64,000 nt of DNA from Octopus vulgaris (Eukaryota): contig OX597817.1 of NCBI GenBank assembly GCA_951406725.2, positions 9,486,001 to 9,550,000 on the forward strand, written 5' to 3'. Both the position numbers and the translations under genes were made by a program. The notes beneath the pieces were generated by a model. That model was given only the letters and a program-made list of their open reading frames with translations. It did not search any database and had not been told where the DNA came from. This document shows positions 39,527 through 52,935 of the stretch, piece by piece; position 1 is the stretch's first letter; each line of letters opens with the position of its first letter.

Positions 39527-39570
39527 GACGCCCGATAAGATAGCAATAAACTGTCGAAACTAGTCGAGTT
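39527..39570 (+). ncRNA. Degenerate type I hammerhead motif
   Basis: GACgC-CcGAUaA-GAUAG caauaaa CUGUC-GAAA-CUAG-UC-GAGUU. Palindromic stem III, two substitutions in CUGAUGA. Confidence 0.6.
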
Positions 39571-39991
39571 GTACTCGATTTCGTCCGATAGTGAGAGAGA
39601 GAGAGAGAGACAAATGATTAAAACGCAATCTCTATTTAGACATTGTGGTTGAATGTATATTTAACATAAGTAAGGGAAATTGTATCTACAAACCATACTC
39701 CATTATTCTTTATCCCATTTTCTCTCTCTCTCTCTCTTTTTCTCTCTCACCTACTGTCCCCGAGCGCGCGCACGTGTACACACACACACACACACACACA
39801 CGCGCGCGCACACACACTTCACCTCGTCAGAAAATTATCGAAAGAATCGAAGCGAGTATAGTACACCAGTTGCAGTCAGCAAATCACAAAAAATATATTA
39901 AATGCTTTGCTAAATTTGCGTCTAGTTCTCTTTGTAGTTCGACTACAAGCCGCACTAAACCATTTTATATGTCGGTGTGTATGTGCATGTG

Positions 39992-40066
<75 letters not shown>

Positions 40067-40911
40067 CTATGCGTGTGTGTAATTGAAAAATAAAAAGATG
40101 TAATGTATGGCTTAAACTTCAAAGACGCAAGGACATTTGTATTGATAGCTATTTGTACGGAAAACATCGTCTCTCTTTTGTTTATGTAACAAATGTAAAT
40201 ATATTAACTAGTTGTATATGTTGTTAGCATATTGATAGTTATTTGTTGTTATTCAGTGAAAGATGACAGAAAAATGTCCGGTATTGTATGAGAGCCAGAT
40301 AGAACTTAAAACCGAGCTAGGTTTGAATATAAATTACTCGGATATATTGAGTAATGTTTTATAAGTCAGCTGTATTAAAACACAGAATTATAAATATTCT
40401 GAAAATATTCTTTGAATTCTATACGGATGCTTATAAAATGGCGAAATTGTATAATTTATATTTATAGAATAATAATTTCTTTGCATTAAATACACATTTT
40501 TGTAGTGAGTGCATTACAGCTGATTAAGCTGTATCGCCATATTGTTTTTCTGATATTATTTTATTGACCTCAGCGGGATGAAAGAGAAATTTGTCCGGTT
40601 CCGGTTAGATTAGAACTCGGAAAACAGAGGATTGATACTACAGAATTTAATACATTAAGTCTGATACATTAAGTTGTGTAATACATTAAGACTTTTATGT
40701 CCCCAGGTCAACCATGATCGAGCAAGTCTAAAATCAAAAGCATTCTATCCGTGATCCCAACTCTGCTGTTGCCTTCAGATGTAATGTGCATATCTGGAAT
40801 TATAGCTTAGAGCAACTAGGTTCAGTTCCAAGGGGATAAGTGTTGTATCTTGTTCAAAAGGCTGTAAGTATGTTATATCTATTTGTTTGTATTTAATATT
40901 TTTATTGTTTA

Positions 40912-41307
40912 CTAGCAGTATCACCCGGCGTTGCTCGGGTTTGTAAGGGAAATAACTATATAAGCATTTTTAGAGAGTTATAGCCAAAAAATAGCAAAAA
41001 ATGCATTAAAAATGGGAAAAAATGATGGTAAATTTAAAAAAAAATCATTGACTCATCGTAGACATTTTTAGAGAGTTACTTCCCTTATATAATAGCGAAA
41101 AAATGCATTAAAATGGAAAAAAATGATGGTAAATTTTTTTTAAAATCGTAGACTCATCGTAGACGCGCGCTAATACCCAGAAGGGCTCGATATGAAACAC
41201 GACTATAAGATACCCGGTTTTGCTTAAACTGCACCCCAAAATATGGGAGTAGTTAGGAATCTAAATCGTAGGAGACAGTCACACAACTTGACTTTTATAT
41301 ATAAAGA
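40912..41307 (-). mobile_element. Non-autonomous Helitron (2 internal units)
   Basis: Reverse complement of the same family, with A|TC and CTAG|T ends. Confidence 0.85.
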
Positions 41308-41482
41308 TTTATACAATAGATGACAGCATCGTTAAAGTGTTGAGCTAAAACATTTGTGGAATTAATTTATTTCTCCACTTTTTGAGTTCAAATCCTGCTG
41401 AAGTCAGTTTTTAATCAAATACCAGTCAATGTGATCGACTTTTCGTTCCCAAAATGTATGACCTACTTATTTTACAAATAAT

Positions 41483-41890
41483 CAGGAGTGGCTGTGTGGT
41501 AAGTAGCTTGTTTACCAACCACATGGTTCCGGGTTCAGTTCCACTGCGTGGCATCTTGGGCAAGTGTCTTCTACTATATCCTCGGGCCGACCAATGCCTT
41601 GTGAGTGGATTTGGTAGACGGAAACTGAAAGAAGCCTGTCGTATATATGTATATGTATGTATATATGTGTGTGTATGTTTGTGTGTCTGTGTTTGTCGCC
41701 CTAGCATTGCTTGACAACCGATGCCGGTGTGTTTACGTCCCCGTCACTTAGCGGTTCGGCAAAAGAGACCGATAGAATAAGTACTGGGCTTACAAAGAAT
41801 AAGTTCTGGGGTCGAGTTGCTCGACTAAAGGCGGTGCTCCAGCATGGCCGCAGTCAAATGACTGAAACAAGTAAAAGAGTAAAAGAGTAG
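41483..41890 (+). mobile_element. SINE family B
   Basis: Near-identical to 9718-10123. Confidence 0.88.
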
Positions 41891-42439
41891 TCAATTAATT
41901 ATATGTACACATTCACAGAATTTACAAATGTCCCATACTCAAAATGGTTCTCAAAATTTACATCGCTTGCATATGCATACATATTATTTTTAACATTTCT
42001 CAAGTGCCGAGAGATACATGTATGGCACTTATGAAGAAATGAACTCTTTTTATTGTGTTTTGTTCTACCAAACCTGCACGCGAGAGAGGGTGTTTTTATG
42101 TGCTCTTGCAAAAACTGCCGTGTCCCATGACATAAAATTATATAATAACTAATCGGTTAGCAGGAATCGATAAAATGTGTAGCAGACTAAAATGTGTTCG
42201 GATCGATATAATCAACTAAAACCCTTGAAGACGGTATCACACCATAACTGCAATATATTGACTAAAGTCTGTAAAATATTTATGTAATAGGATTTTCATT
42301 CTTAAACCTAAGAATAAATTCCAGAAACAAAAATCAAAAGACATAAACATTAGGTATAGATATTTAATGTTATCCTTTTATTTACACAGAAAGAATGGGG
42401 GCAGCGGGATGTTTTTCCGGCAAGTCTAATTAACCTACC

Positions 42440-42656
42440 TATTTCTTTACTACACACAGAGGGAACAAATAAGGACAGACAGACGGATTAAGTCGATTAA
42501 ATCGACCCCAGTGCGTAACTGGTACTTAATTTATCGACCCAGAAAGGATGAAAGGCAAAGTCGACCTCGGCGGAATTTGAACTCAGAACGTAACGGCAGA
42601 CGAAATACGGTTACGTATTTCGCCCGGCGTGATAACGTTTCTGCCAGCTCGCCGCC
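42440..42656 (-). mobile_element. SINE family A
   Basis: 19-bp TSD caagtctaattaacctacc at 42421-42439 and 42656-42674. Confidence 0.9.
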
Positions 42657-43056
42657 AAGTCTAATTAACCTACCGTGTCCTTATAGGAGTGCTACAGATT
42701 GTCTGTGTAGTATAGAGTTTTTGCATAAGATTTGTCTCTAAAAAGCTTGGTACACAGAAGAGTTTGTTTTTCATCCTATACTCGCTAACGAAACTAATGA
42801 ATCTTTCAAGGTACGGTGTATATTTAAATTTTCGTTACGTCTCTTGCCATCTCAGAATTTCAATATATTCGTTGTAATTCATCTCAAAACATAGTTTTTA
42901 AACGTAAGGAGCACAACATCTTAAAAGAAGTACTAAAAGGCATTACATGTCGTTATTGCTACGAGTCCAGAGACACAGATAAGTGACACAAAACTTATAA
43001 TATTAATAATAATAACAACAATAACAACAACAACATTAATAATAATGATGATGATG

Positions 43057-43147
<91 letters not shown>

Positions 43148-43182
43148 CAACAACATTAATAATAATGATGATGATAATAATA

Positions 43183-43377
43183 ACCCTTTCTACTATAGAC
43201 ACAAGGCCTGAACTTTTGGGGAGGAGACTAGCCGATTACGTCGACCCTAGTGTTTCATTGGTAGATAATTTATCGTTCCCAAAAGGATGAAAGGCAAAGT
43301 CGACGTAATTTGAACTCAGAACGTAGCGACGAGCGAAATAGCGCTAAGCATTTCGTCCAGCGTGCTAACGATTCTGA
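43183..43377 (-). mobile_element. SINE family A with (ATT)n tail
   Basis: Family A body. Its tail runs into the (AAT)n array at 43000-43182. Confidence 0.8.
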
Positions 43378-43898
43378 ATTCATCTCAAATACAAGGCTGA
43401 AAATATAATCCAGTGCTTAACCACAAACCAGAAATCTGATAGCTGTTTCAGTTCCCTTCGGTATTTCATATTCACTCTGTCTCACACCTTCCAGGTATAT
43501 GCAACTTCGCAATCAGCCTTGAACTTATTACATACCGACGTAAACAACTCTCTGTATATGTTACACGACCATGAAATGTTATTACGAGGAAATTGAACTC
43601 TTGAGGATTCGTCGTGTTTTTCTATAGTTTGGAAATAATATTGGAGAAAAATATTCTATACTCATGTTCATATTTAGAGAATCTAAGGCAATCTTTTAAC
43701 AAAATCCTTGGAGATATATCTCATATCTCCAAGGATTTGGAGAAGCGGGGCATAAATACGTTTACTATACTGTTAAGTAGATGGACACTATTTCAGGTGA
43801 GTTTTATTACGGAATAAACCGAAGTTGACATTCCACTATGCAATTCTACAACACTATTTCTACTTAGATGCGGGGTAGGACAGGTTAAAAGATACAAA

Positions 43899-44133
43899 CC
43901 TATTTCTTTATTACCCACAAGGGGCTAAACACAGAGGGGACAAACAAGGACAGACATAGGTATTAAGTCGATTACATCGACCCCAATGCGTAACTGGTAC
44001 TTAATTTATCGACCCCGAAAGGATGAAAGGCAAAGTCGACCTCGGCGGAATTTGAACTCAGAACGAAACGGCTGACGAAATACCGCTAAGCATTTCGCCC
44101 GGCGTGCTAACGTTTCTGCCAGCTCGCCGCCTT
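43899..44133 (-). mobile_element. SINE family A
   Basis: Full length, TSD aaaagatac(a/g)aacc. Confidence 0.9.
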
Positions 44134-44839
44134 TTGAAAAGATACGAACCGTTGACTTTATCAGCTCGCAGCCTGTTGCCATGTGGAGTTGACATCCAAA
44201 CAGATGCACTTACTTATGATATTTGTTTACACTAAAGCGATTCAAGCCAGTGGAAGTTTGATGTCTTGGTCATAGTTAAAGGGCAATTTTAGTAACGATT
44301 TAGAAAGACTCTAAACTTTAATTCAAACAACTCACTATTTCTAAATCCCATTCAACAACATGAGACGTTGCCAATATTACGTTCTTAAATATAAATAAAA
44401 TGTGATATATGGCAATATCTGAAATTCATAAAAAGAACAAATCAGTAGACATTATCCTCGATATATTACAGTTGTTGTCACAGTTAAGAAACAGATGTAC
44501 AATGGAAAGTGGTTCCATTACTGCTTTTCAAAACAGTGTTTATCAGACTAAATTTCCTTCTCATTCAAAGACAGTAGGGTGTGATATGGAGGTAAGCTGG
44601 TTGTTATTTTCAAGCGACTATATAGAAGTTCGCCCGTTGACTTCGAGAGAAATTATACGTCTTCGTTCATATAGTTTAATCGATGGAGACTTTCTACTAA
44701 TATTGGTAATCAATAAAGGTTAACGAGTTTATGCTTGACAAGGTCAAGTAAATTGGTGTGAACACGCACCGCCTTAGCGAGACTGTTCACACGAGTATTA
44801 AGCGTCTCCAGTATCTATCTTGTATACTATCTCTCTCTT

Positions 44840-44870
<31 letters not shown>

Positions 44871-44892
44871 GTATGTTTGTAGATTGATAGAT

Positions 44893-45026
<134 letters not shown>

Positions 45027-45360
45027 GTAGATAGAGATAGAGAAAGAGAGAGATAGGTGGATAGATAGAGCGAGAGAGACAGAAGCAGAGGGGGTGGGTG
45101 AGAGATAAATAGATAAATATGTATGTGTATGTATATGCATAGAACACAAAACGGACACATATACATATACTAAGACGATCATAAAATTTAAAAGCTATAC
45201 ATATCTATGTAATTGTCTATCTATCAATCTATCTACCTGTCTGTCTATCTATCTATCTATTTACCTATCTATCTAAATGTATATTTATGTATATGTGTGC
45301 CTTTATATATATGTGTATATAACGCATATATGTGTATAGAACACACACACATACTTATAT

Positions 45361-46470
45361 ATCCAGTATTCGAGCAAATACACCATCGTGCTACCGTCGC
45401 AACATACAGAGGAATTTATCCGGGCTTGCCATGATCTTCTAAATCCCTTCGATTTCGGTGTCAAATGCCTTCGTTAGATGTGCAAATATCGTGTATAGGT
45501 CCTTGTTCTGTTCCTGGCACTTCTGCAGTTGACGTGCGAGTAAGATCCTGTCGACTGTCCCACGGCCCTCTCAGAAACCATACTGACTCTCTGGCAGATG
45601 CCTGTTTTCCATGTGCTGAAAGTTGCGATTAAAGAGGACACTTGCGAGTTGCTTGCCAGCGATGAAAAAAAGAGAAATTCTTCGGCAGTTGTCACAAGAC
45701 TGTCTGTTTCCCTTTCTCTTGTAAAGATAGACAATAGAAGCGCCCTTGAACTTCTGAAGAACAACCTCCTGCACCATATGATCTGAAAGAGATCGGTGAG
45801 CGTCTGTGTCAAGACTGATCCCCTGCATCGTTTGTTTCAGCTGGGATGAAGTCAGAGCCTGGTGCTTTGCTGTTTGAGAGAGCCGTAATTGTTTTCTGGA
45901 CCTTTGCTTCCGTTGGAGGCGCTGCCAGAGAAATGTTGATGTCAGCTTGGGACATTTGAGCGATGGCTTCAGCGTTGATAGAGAAATGTTTGTTCAGGAC
46001 GTTATTGAAGTGCTCTGTCCGCCTTTCGAGGACCGCGTTTTCGTCAGTGAGGAGAGTGGTCCCGTCAGCACTGACAAGTGGTGATGTTCCAGAGGACTGT
46101 GGCCCGGAGATGGCTTTCAGGGCATCATGTAGAAGCGCTTGGAGTTGTTGCTGTCAGCATACTTCTGTATCTCGTCCGCCTTGTTGCTGTATCAGGGATC
46201 GTTAATGTCTCTGAGCTTGACCCGCACCTTGCTTTTGGTAGCATTATAGGCTGCATTTTTGGAAGCCGATATGCTGTTTTGCAGAGGGACTCTGTAGCCT
46301 TTATGCTTCTCATCAAGCAACATCTAGATTTCCTCATCGTTGTCGCCGTCTTGATGTCTACGCGCGTTCTTGTTCAGATGAGTGAGTGCAACGCTGTACA
46401 CCAGTCCTCTTATGCTCCCTTTTTACCCATGTCTAGTTAGCTCAACTTGCTGTCACAGTCCTCGCTGAGA
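45361..46470 (-). mobile_element. RTE (BovB-like) LINE, inverted 5' segment
   Basis: IVYLYKRKGNRQSCDNCRRISL, LPESQYGF, LTKAFDT and PDKFLCMLRR*HDGVFARILD. Confidence 0.88.
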
Positions 46471-46840
46471 AAAGAGATTCTTCTGACGCATTCCTAATCA
46501 CTAACGGAGACAAACAGGGCTGTGTACTCGCACCTACTCTGCAGAGTATGATGTTCTTAGCTACATCAAGAGCTTTGAGATCAATCCCGACACCTCGAAA
46601 ACACAATGGCAAGATCACCCTGGTTGGCGACGCTGCACCAACATAACAGGATTGAAGGGGCACAAAGAAAGCGCGAACTGTACAAGTACAGAGCCAACAA
46701 CTTGCCTTCAGTCCCGAAAACCACCAACACCCGACCTGCGGCAGAGCCTTCCGAGCACGCATCGGACTGATCGGCCACGGCTGGACACACCGTTCCCCGT
46801 CCCTTCTCCCGTGGTCATCGTCGAGCAAGAACAAGCAAGA
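46471..46840 (+). mobile_element. RTE (BovB-like) LINE, forward 3' segment with internal deletion
   Basis: RDSSDAFLITNGDKQGCVLAPTL...KSFEINPDT...PTCGRAFRARIGLIGHGWTH. Confidence 0.85.
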
Positions 46841-47119
46841 TATGTGTTTGTGTGTGTGCGTGTGTGTGTGTGCGTGTGTGTGTGTGACAAGTTCAAAGGA
46901 TGCTATGTCAGGCCTCTAAGAATAAAATACTTCATTACGATTTCATTTTGCAACACACAGAAACGCGCGCGCAAGGTCGATTGTTCATTTATTTGGTCCT
47001 CGGAGTGAATCAACGGTCTCATAAAAATAACCCAACTGTATGTAATTAATTACTCCTCTTGTTTGCAAGTCTAGAGTGTGTACATGTGTGTGTATGTGAG
47101 TGTGTTTGTGTGTATGCAT

Positions 47120-47190
<71 letters not shown>

Positions 47191-48002
47191 TTGTGCGTAT
47201 GTAGATGAGTGTGTATATATCTATTCACAAATCTGTTTATGCTTCTCAGTGTAAACGTGTGTAAACGTGTGTAAACGTCTGTATATGCGTGTCTGTGTGC
47301 TTTATGTGTGTGTGTGTGTGTGTGTTTCTCGACAGTGCAAGGAGAAGAGTATGTGTCTGTCTGTGTCAGAGAATGAGAAATAGGTGACAAATTAGGTCAC
47401 TTTGAAAAATAAATGCTCTCTCTTAAGTTGTAAAAAAAAAAAAAAGAAAAAAAACTCGCGGGACCCGTTAACGGTTGTGCTTAACAATTTGAAGTATATT
47501 AATGTATACAGAATGCCACTTTTCTTAAATGAATCTGCCAGTCATTCTCTTGATTATAGATATTTTCCTGTCTCACAGGACGAAATTAAAGAAAACTATT
47601 ATGATAAATAATCATGTCTGTTTTTCATAAGCACTACGCGAATTTTGTTGGGCGGGAGGGGTGGTGGTGATTCTTTTTTTACAGTCTATAAAATTATCCA
47701 TAGTAAATTCATTGATCGAATACTGAGGGTTGAAGTGAACTATCGATCAACGAAAAATTTTAACCTTGTGCAGCTGAACGAAGATATTTTGTGGTCGGTT
47801 CTATACAGCATACAAGGCTACCGATTATAAAGTAATAACGATTTCGTTTATTGGCGTATGTAAAGTGAAATATTCCAAGATAGACCTTAAGACGCGACTG
47901 GTATTTATTTTATCGACTCTTGGTCAATGAAATCGATAGTCAATATCAATGGGATTTGAACTTATGACGCAAAGCTGCCAGGCAATTTAATACTGTATTC
48001 TA

Positions 48003-48318
48003 ACGATAAACGTCGCCCTTTTCAAGCTTAGCCAGGCTCATGGGCCCGGTTTCCCGGTTTCTGTGGCGAATGTGTTCCCCCCAGCTGGACGGGATGCCAG
48101 TCCATCGCAGCGTTACTCAAGAAACAGGAAGAGAGAGTGAGAGAGAATTGTGGCGAAAGAGTACAATAGGGGTTGCCCCCCTCCCCTGCCAAAGCCTCGT
48201 GGAGCTGTTAGGTGTTTTCGCTCAATAAACACACACAACGCCCGGTCTGGGAATCGAAACAGCGATCCTCCGACCGCGAGTCCACTGCCCTAACCACTGG
48301 GCCATTGCGCCTCCACTC
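48003..48318 (-). mobile_element. SINE family C head with V-domain-like tail
   Basis: Contains ctgcgatggactggcatcccgtccag on the minus strand. 14-bp TSD aatactgtattcta. Confidence 0.85.
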
Positions 48319-49225
48319 AATACTGTATTCTACTATTCTAAAAATCAAAATCTGCAAAGGAAGTTGACACGAATACTATCGTATTGCCATTTCATCAGTT
48401 TAATTATGAAAACCAATGTCGCCTGTCATCTAAAGGCAATAATGATATCAATAATTTCCGGTCTGAAATTTGGTGGTGTGTGTAGTCGATTTCATCGAAT
48501 TGTACTTACTTTATCGACCATGGGAAGTTGAAATATAACGTCAACCTCAGTAGAATTTGAATGTAGAACGTAGAGGCGGACGAAATGCCGCTGACGAGGG
48601 TATGTGCAGCGGCTCAACGATTCTGCCAGCTCGCCACCTTTTATAAAATCCGTAATAATAAGCTTAAATAATTTTAGTGGGAAACGGAAAATGAAACATT
48701 TTGGTTTTCACACAATCATACGCTGTATTATTTACGAAATACTTTTAACTGTGAATAGATCTGTTTCATAGATGAAATAAGGTTGAATTTTTAAAATTGT
48801 TGTAGTAAAAGGTCATGCGTTTATTGAGAATAGAGATAATCGATGCAGTCGATAGCAGTACATTTGTGTGTTTGAATATGAAGATTCTAATAGGACTTTT
48901 AAAGTGTTCCAGGCAGCACAGAACACCAGTTCGACCACACACGTCATCAATGAATGTCTTTGGACGGGTTTTTATCGCTTGCTTGATGGGAAATGTTTAC
49001 TAGACTCCCCTCAAACCTATTCGGTTTCTTTGAGGTAAATGGACACTGGACACCGTGGGTAGCAGTCCTCTATAAGTTTCTTGCAGTGTAATCGTTTGTA
49101 AGAGAGTGATAGATAGATGTCAAGAGACATATTTATAGATGGATAAACAGACAGAGAGATACAAACAAACAGACAGACAGCTAGCTAGCTAGCTAGATAG
49201 ATAGATAAATAGATAGATAGATAGG

Positions 49226-49287
<62 letters not shown>

Positions 49288-49750
49288 TGTTTCTTTATTA
49301 ACCACACAGGGCTGCACACAGACAGGACAAATTACAAGGTAGAGCTTTTCTTTTGGGGGTAAAAAAAGGGGGTTTGGTTTTCGATCAAAAGGGATCGTAA
49401 AAGGAAAGAAAGAGGACAAAAAGGGGGGGATTGATCAATAGGGATCGTTATCACAGAAATGTCAATATGAAGTGTAAAGGGGAGGACAGGTGAGGTTTAC
49501 CCGTGGAAAGAAAAGCCTACGGAAAAGACCACGATAACCTTGGTCAATGAAGTCACATGTTATATTTCTTTTTTTTCTTTTTGAAAATAAGCAACACTCT
49601 GTATTAATTTTTACGGGTCATAGAATCATAGTCAAGGTGGCTTCGTCATTCATACGTGCCATCCTTGCTACATTCACCCATCTTTTTTTAAAACATTCAC
49701 TAGACAAAACTTGCCTCTCTACTCTCACTTTCCTTTTCAAGTGATACTTG

Positions 49751-49754
<4 letters not shown>
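49288..49754 (-). mobile_element. Tx1/L1-clade LINE 3' end inserted in (GATA)n
   Basis: FKYHLKRKVRVERQVLSSECFKKRWVNVARM...* plus a 3' UTR ending aataaagaaac. (TAGA)n on both sides. Confidence 0.7.
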
Positions 49755-49785
<31 letters not shown>

Positions 49786-52030
49786 GGTAGAGACATCAAA
49801 TCGAGTGCTTACAAGTACTACATTTAATCAGGATGATGAAATGCAAAGTTGACCTTGGCGAGATTGTAAACTCAGAAAGCAAATTTAGGAGCAATTGCCA
49901 TAAGTTATTTTTCCAACGCTCCCGTGATTGTGCTAATCGACCATCTAAATCGAACCTTGTGGGACTGATATCTATTTCGATGGAATCTGAACACAGAAGA
50001 TAACACATAAATATAGCAAAATATTTTCTCGAATCTACTGTTTCCTTCCCATTAAGCACTATTTTCCTTCTAATGGCATCTCAGTTTTTGGAGATCTTTC
50101 AGAGCTGATGTTTATCTCCCCTTTTATGAACGTTAGAGAGTTAAATTCTCTGGACAGATCACAAGTCAACTACTGGTGAAATTGACATTGTATTTTTCAC
50201 AGGATGACACAGATAAGAGTGTAATCGATTGAACAGAAGGGATAAGCTTCCGACTGATCTTTCAAAGCAAGTCATCTGACGTTGTTATATCCTATAAATT
50301 ATATTTGTAGTGAAGATAAACGACCATGGCGTGTGTTGATATTCAATTGTGCTATGATCACTTTCTTGACAAGTCTCTTAAGTTAGGTTCTATGGCAAAG
50401 GAACAAATTACCAATTTAAAAGTTGTCATAATAGTAATAAGGTGTTATTAGAGTAATAAATAAAACAATTATGTTGACAAGATACGTGTTTCATCTTCTC
50501 ATTGTAGGCGGGGCGGGGTTGATTAATTAAAATTGCCTTCTTCGCTACATTATGTTGGCACCGTTTTAAGTATTAGTTTGCAGGCGTACGGTGCCCCTGG
50601 GTAATTTCTCTCAGCCAACATGTGCTGTCACACCAACTTGTGTATATTATTGTACATCTATATAGCAATACTATTAACATTGGTCTGCCAAATACGAAAA
50701 AAAAAAGAAGAGCTATGCTTCGACTTGGAGACTAAATAAATCTGAAATTGTTATAGATTCGATTAAATTAGTTTTTGTACTTATGTTTTCTTCCCCTCAT
50801 CAAATTAACTGGGATTTCAAAGTTCTTCAGACTTCTCTCCATGCAACGTACACCCATTCGAGCATACAGCTAATGTTTTCTTATATCCACTGCATGGGAA
50901 GTCTTGATTAATACACTTTTATTTTCGCTCATTAAAAAAAAGAAAGGCTAAGCTTCCTAGAAGATTAACTGGTGTAATGTTGTCTTGGATACCAAGTGCT
51001 TAAAAGAAGAAACGTGTCATTTAAATGATGATTGAATGATAATCAGAATGTCTTATGGCATTCTGTATATTCGAATTTTCAGTTCTATCGTGTTTGTTTC
51101 TGCCGCTATTCTTCTATATAGATAAATTAATAACCATTCATATGCCGGAGAAAATTCAGTCGAGTCTTCTTTCTTTTATATACAATTGTGGCCTGCAAAA
51201 ATTGCTGCCATACATGCAGAAAGCATTGTTTGAGACAAAGAAAAAAAAATGGAGGTCAAAATGACTCGACCCCTAAATATAATGAGAAAGCTAAAATGAG
51301 TAAGAACTCATGGAAGGTTAAACTTTCTGTTGGAAAATTCATAGGGACACCATCTACCTGAAAAGCAATAGTTGAATCGAGTGATCAAAAATATTCCTGT
51401 AAATTAACACCTTCGTTGTAATAGGGAAAGGCAAACTTTGGTTTATTGACCAAAGTCAATTAATTCTGGAAAAAACACATGGGTGACATCACGGAAATTT
51501 TAATTAATTAATTAATTATAGATTGACGTTCGGATAAAGGTATAAAAGGATAAAGGTATAAAAACATCGCGCTTATGCTAATGCTTTCATATTCGTATTA
51601 CACACGTATTTCCTATTTCATTTAATTAAAATTTCGTAGTCGTCGACTCCTTGCGTTGACCAGATTTCACTAACATTGCTTATTAAGTTGAAAATACTCC
51701 GCTCATCTCAAAGCAACGGCAATTTAATTAATTGAAATGTTTTTTTGCAATCTACATGAGATATGTTAGCACTCACTAAACCTTCTGTTGTCTCTACTCC
51801 TTCACAAAATACTGACACTAATTATTATACTCTGCCTGACATTTTTGAGATATTCCACCCGTTCGCCAGTCTATCTCTCTGTTCATCTGCCTATTTACTA
51901 TTCTATCATGTAGCTTCTTTTCCTGTTCTATCAAACGTTCCTTCGTGTAAACATGTTATCTGATATTCTGCTAACAGAAGTGGAAAGCAGTCAAGTTAGT
52001 TGTATGCAAGACTATTCGAATTCACTTTAA

Positions 52031-52125
<95 letters not shown>

Positions 52126-52145
52126 ATATATATATGTATCTATCC

Positions 52146-52199
<54 letters not shown>

Positions 52200-52200
52200 A

Positions 52201-52272
<72 letters not shown>

Positions 52273-52387
52273 AAGCCATCCATCCATCTATCCATCCATC
52301 CATCCATCCATCCATCCATCCATACATACATACATACATACATACGTACATACATACATACATACATACATACATACATACATACTT
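52031..52387. repeat. (TATC)n, (CATC)n, (CATA)n compound microsatellite
   Basis: Direct observation. Confidence 0.95.
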
Positions 52388-52935
52388 ACACATATAGAAG
52401 GAAATGTAAGGATAAGTATGTTAGATAGGTCAATATATAATGTATATTAAATAGATGAAAAAGGTCCGACTTACACAGAATAGAAATTATATCGAGAATT
52501 AAAGTGGTTGAAGAAATAGCAGTTGGATTTGCAATAATTTTTTCATCTCCATTAATTCTTGATAGCATTTCTTTTCTGTGTAAATCGGACCTTTTTGAAT
52601 ATAAACATATGTATACATTTCTTTTGTATTTCATGTATTTAATATACTTTGTATATTGATCTGTCTATCTTGCTTACCCCTACATTTACTTCTACATCCG
52701 TTCAAGTTTAAATCTCTTGTGCATTACTAAGTGTATTCTATACAGAGACTATCTGATTCTCATCTATGAAATACATACATACATACATACATACATACAT
52801 ACATACATACATACATACATACATACATACATACATACATACATACATACATGTATACATACAACATACATACATACATACATACATACATACATACATA
52901 CATACATACATACATACATACATACATACATACAT

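Noticed and set aside
43440-43860. Faint LINE RT words on the minus strand, with similar traces at 50.8-51.0 kb and 56.6-56.9 kb
   Set aside because: Only isolated degenerate motifs, so family and boundaries cannot be supported.
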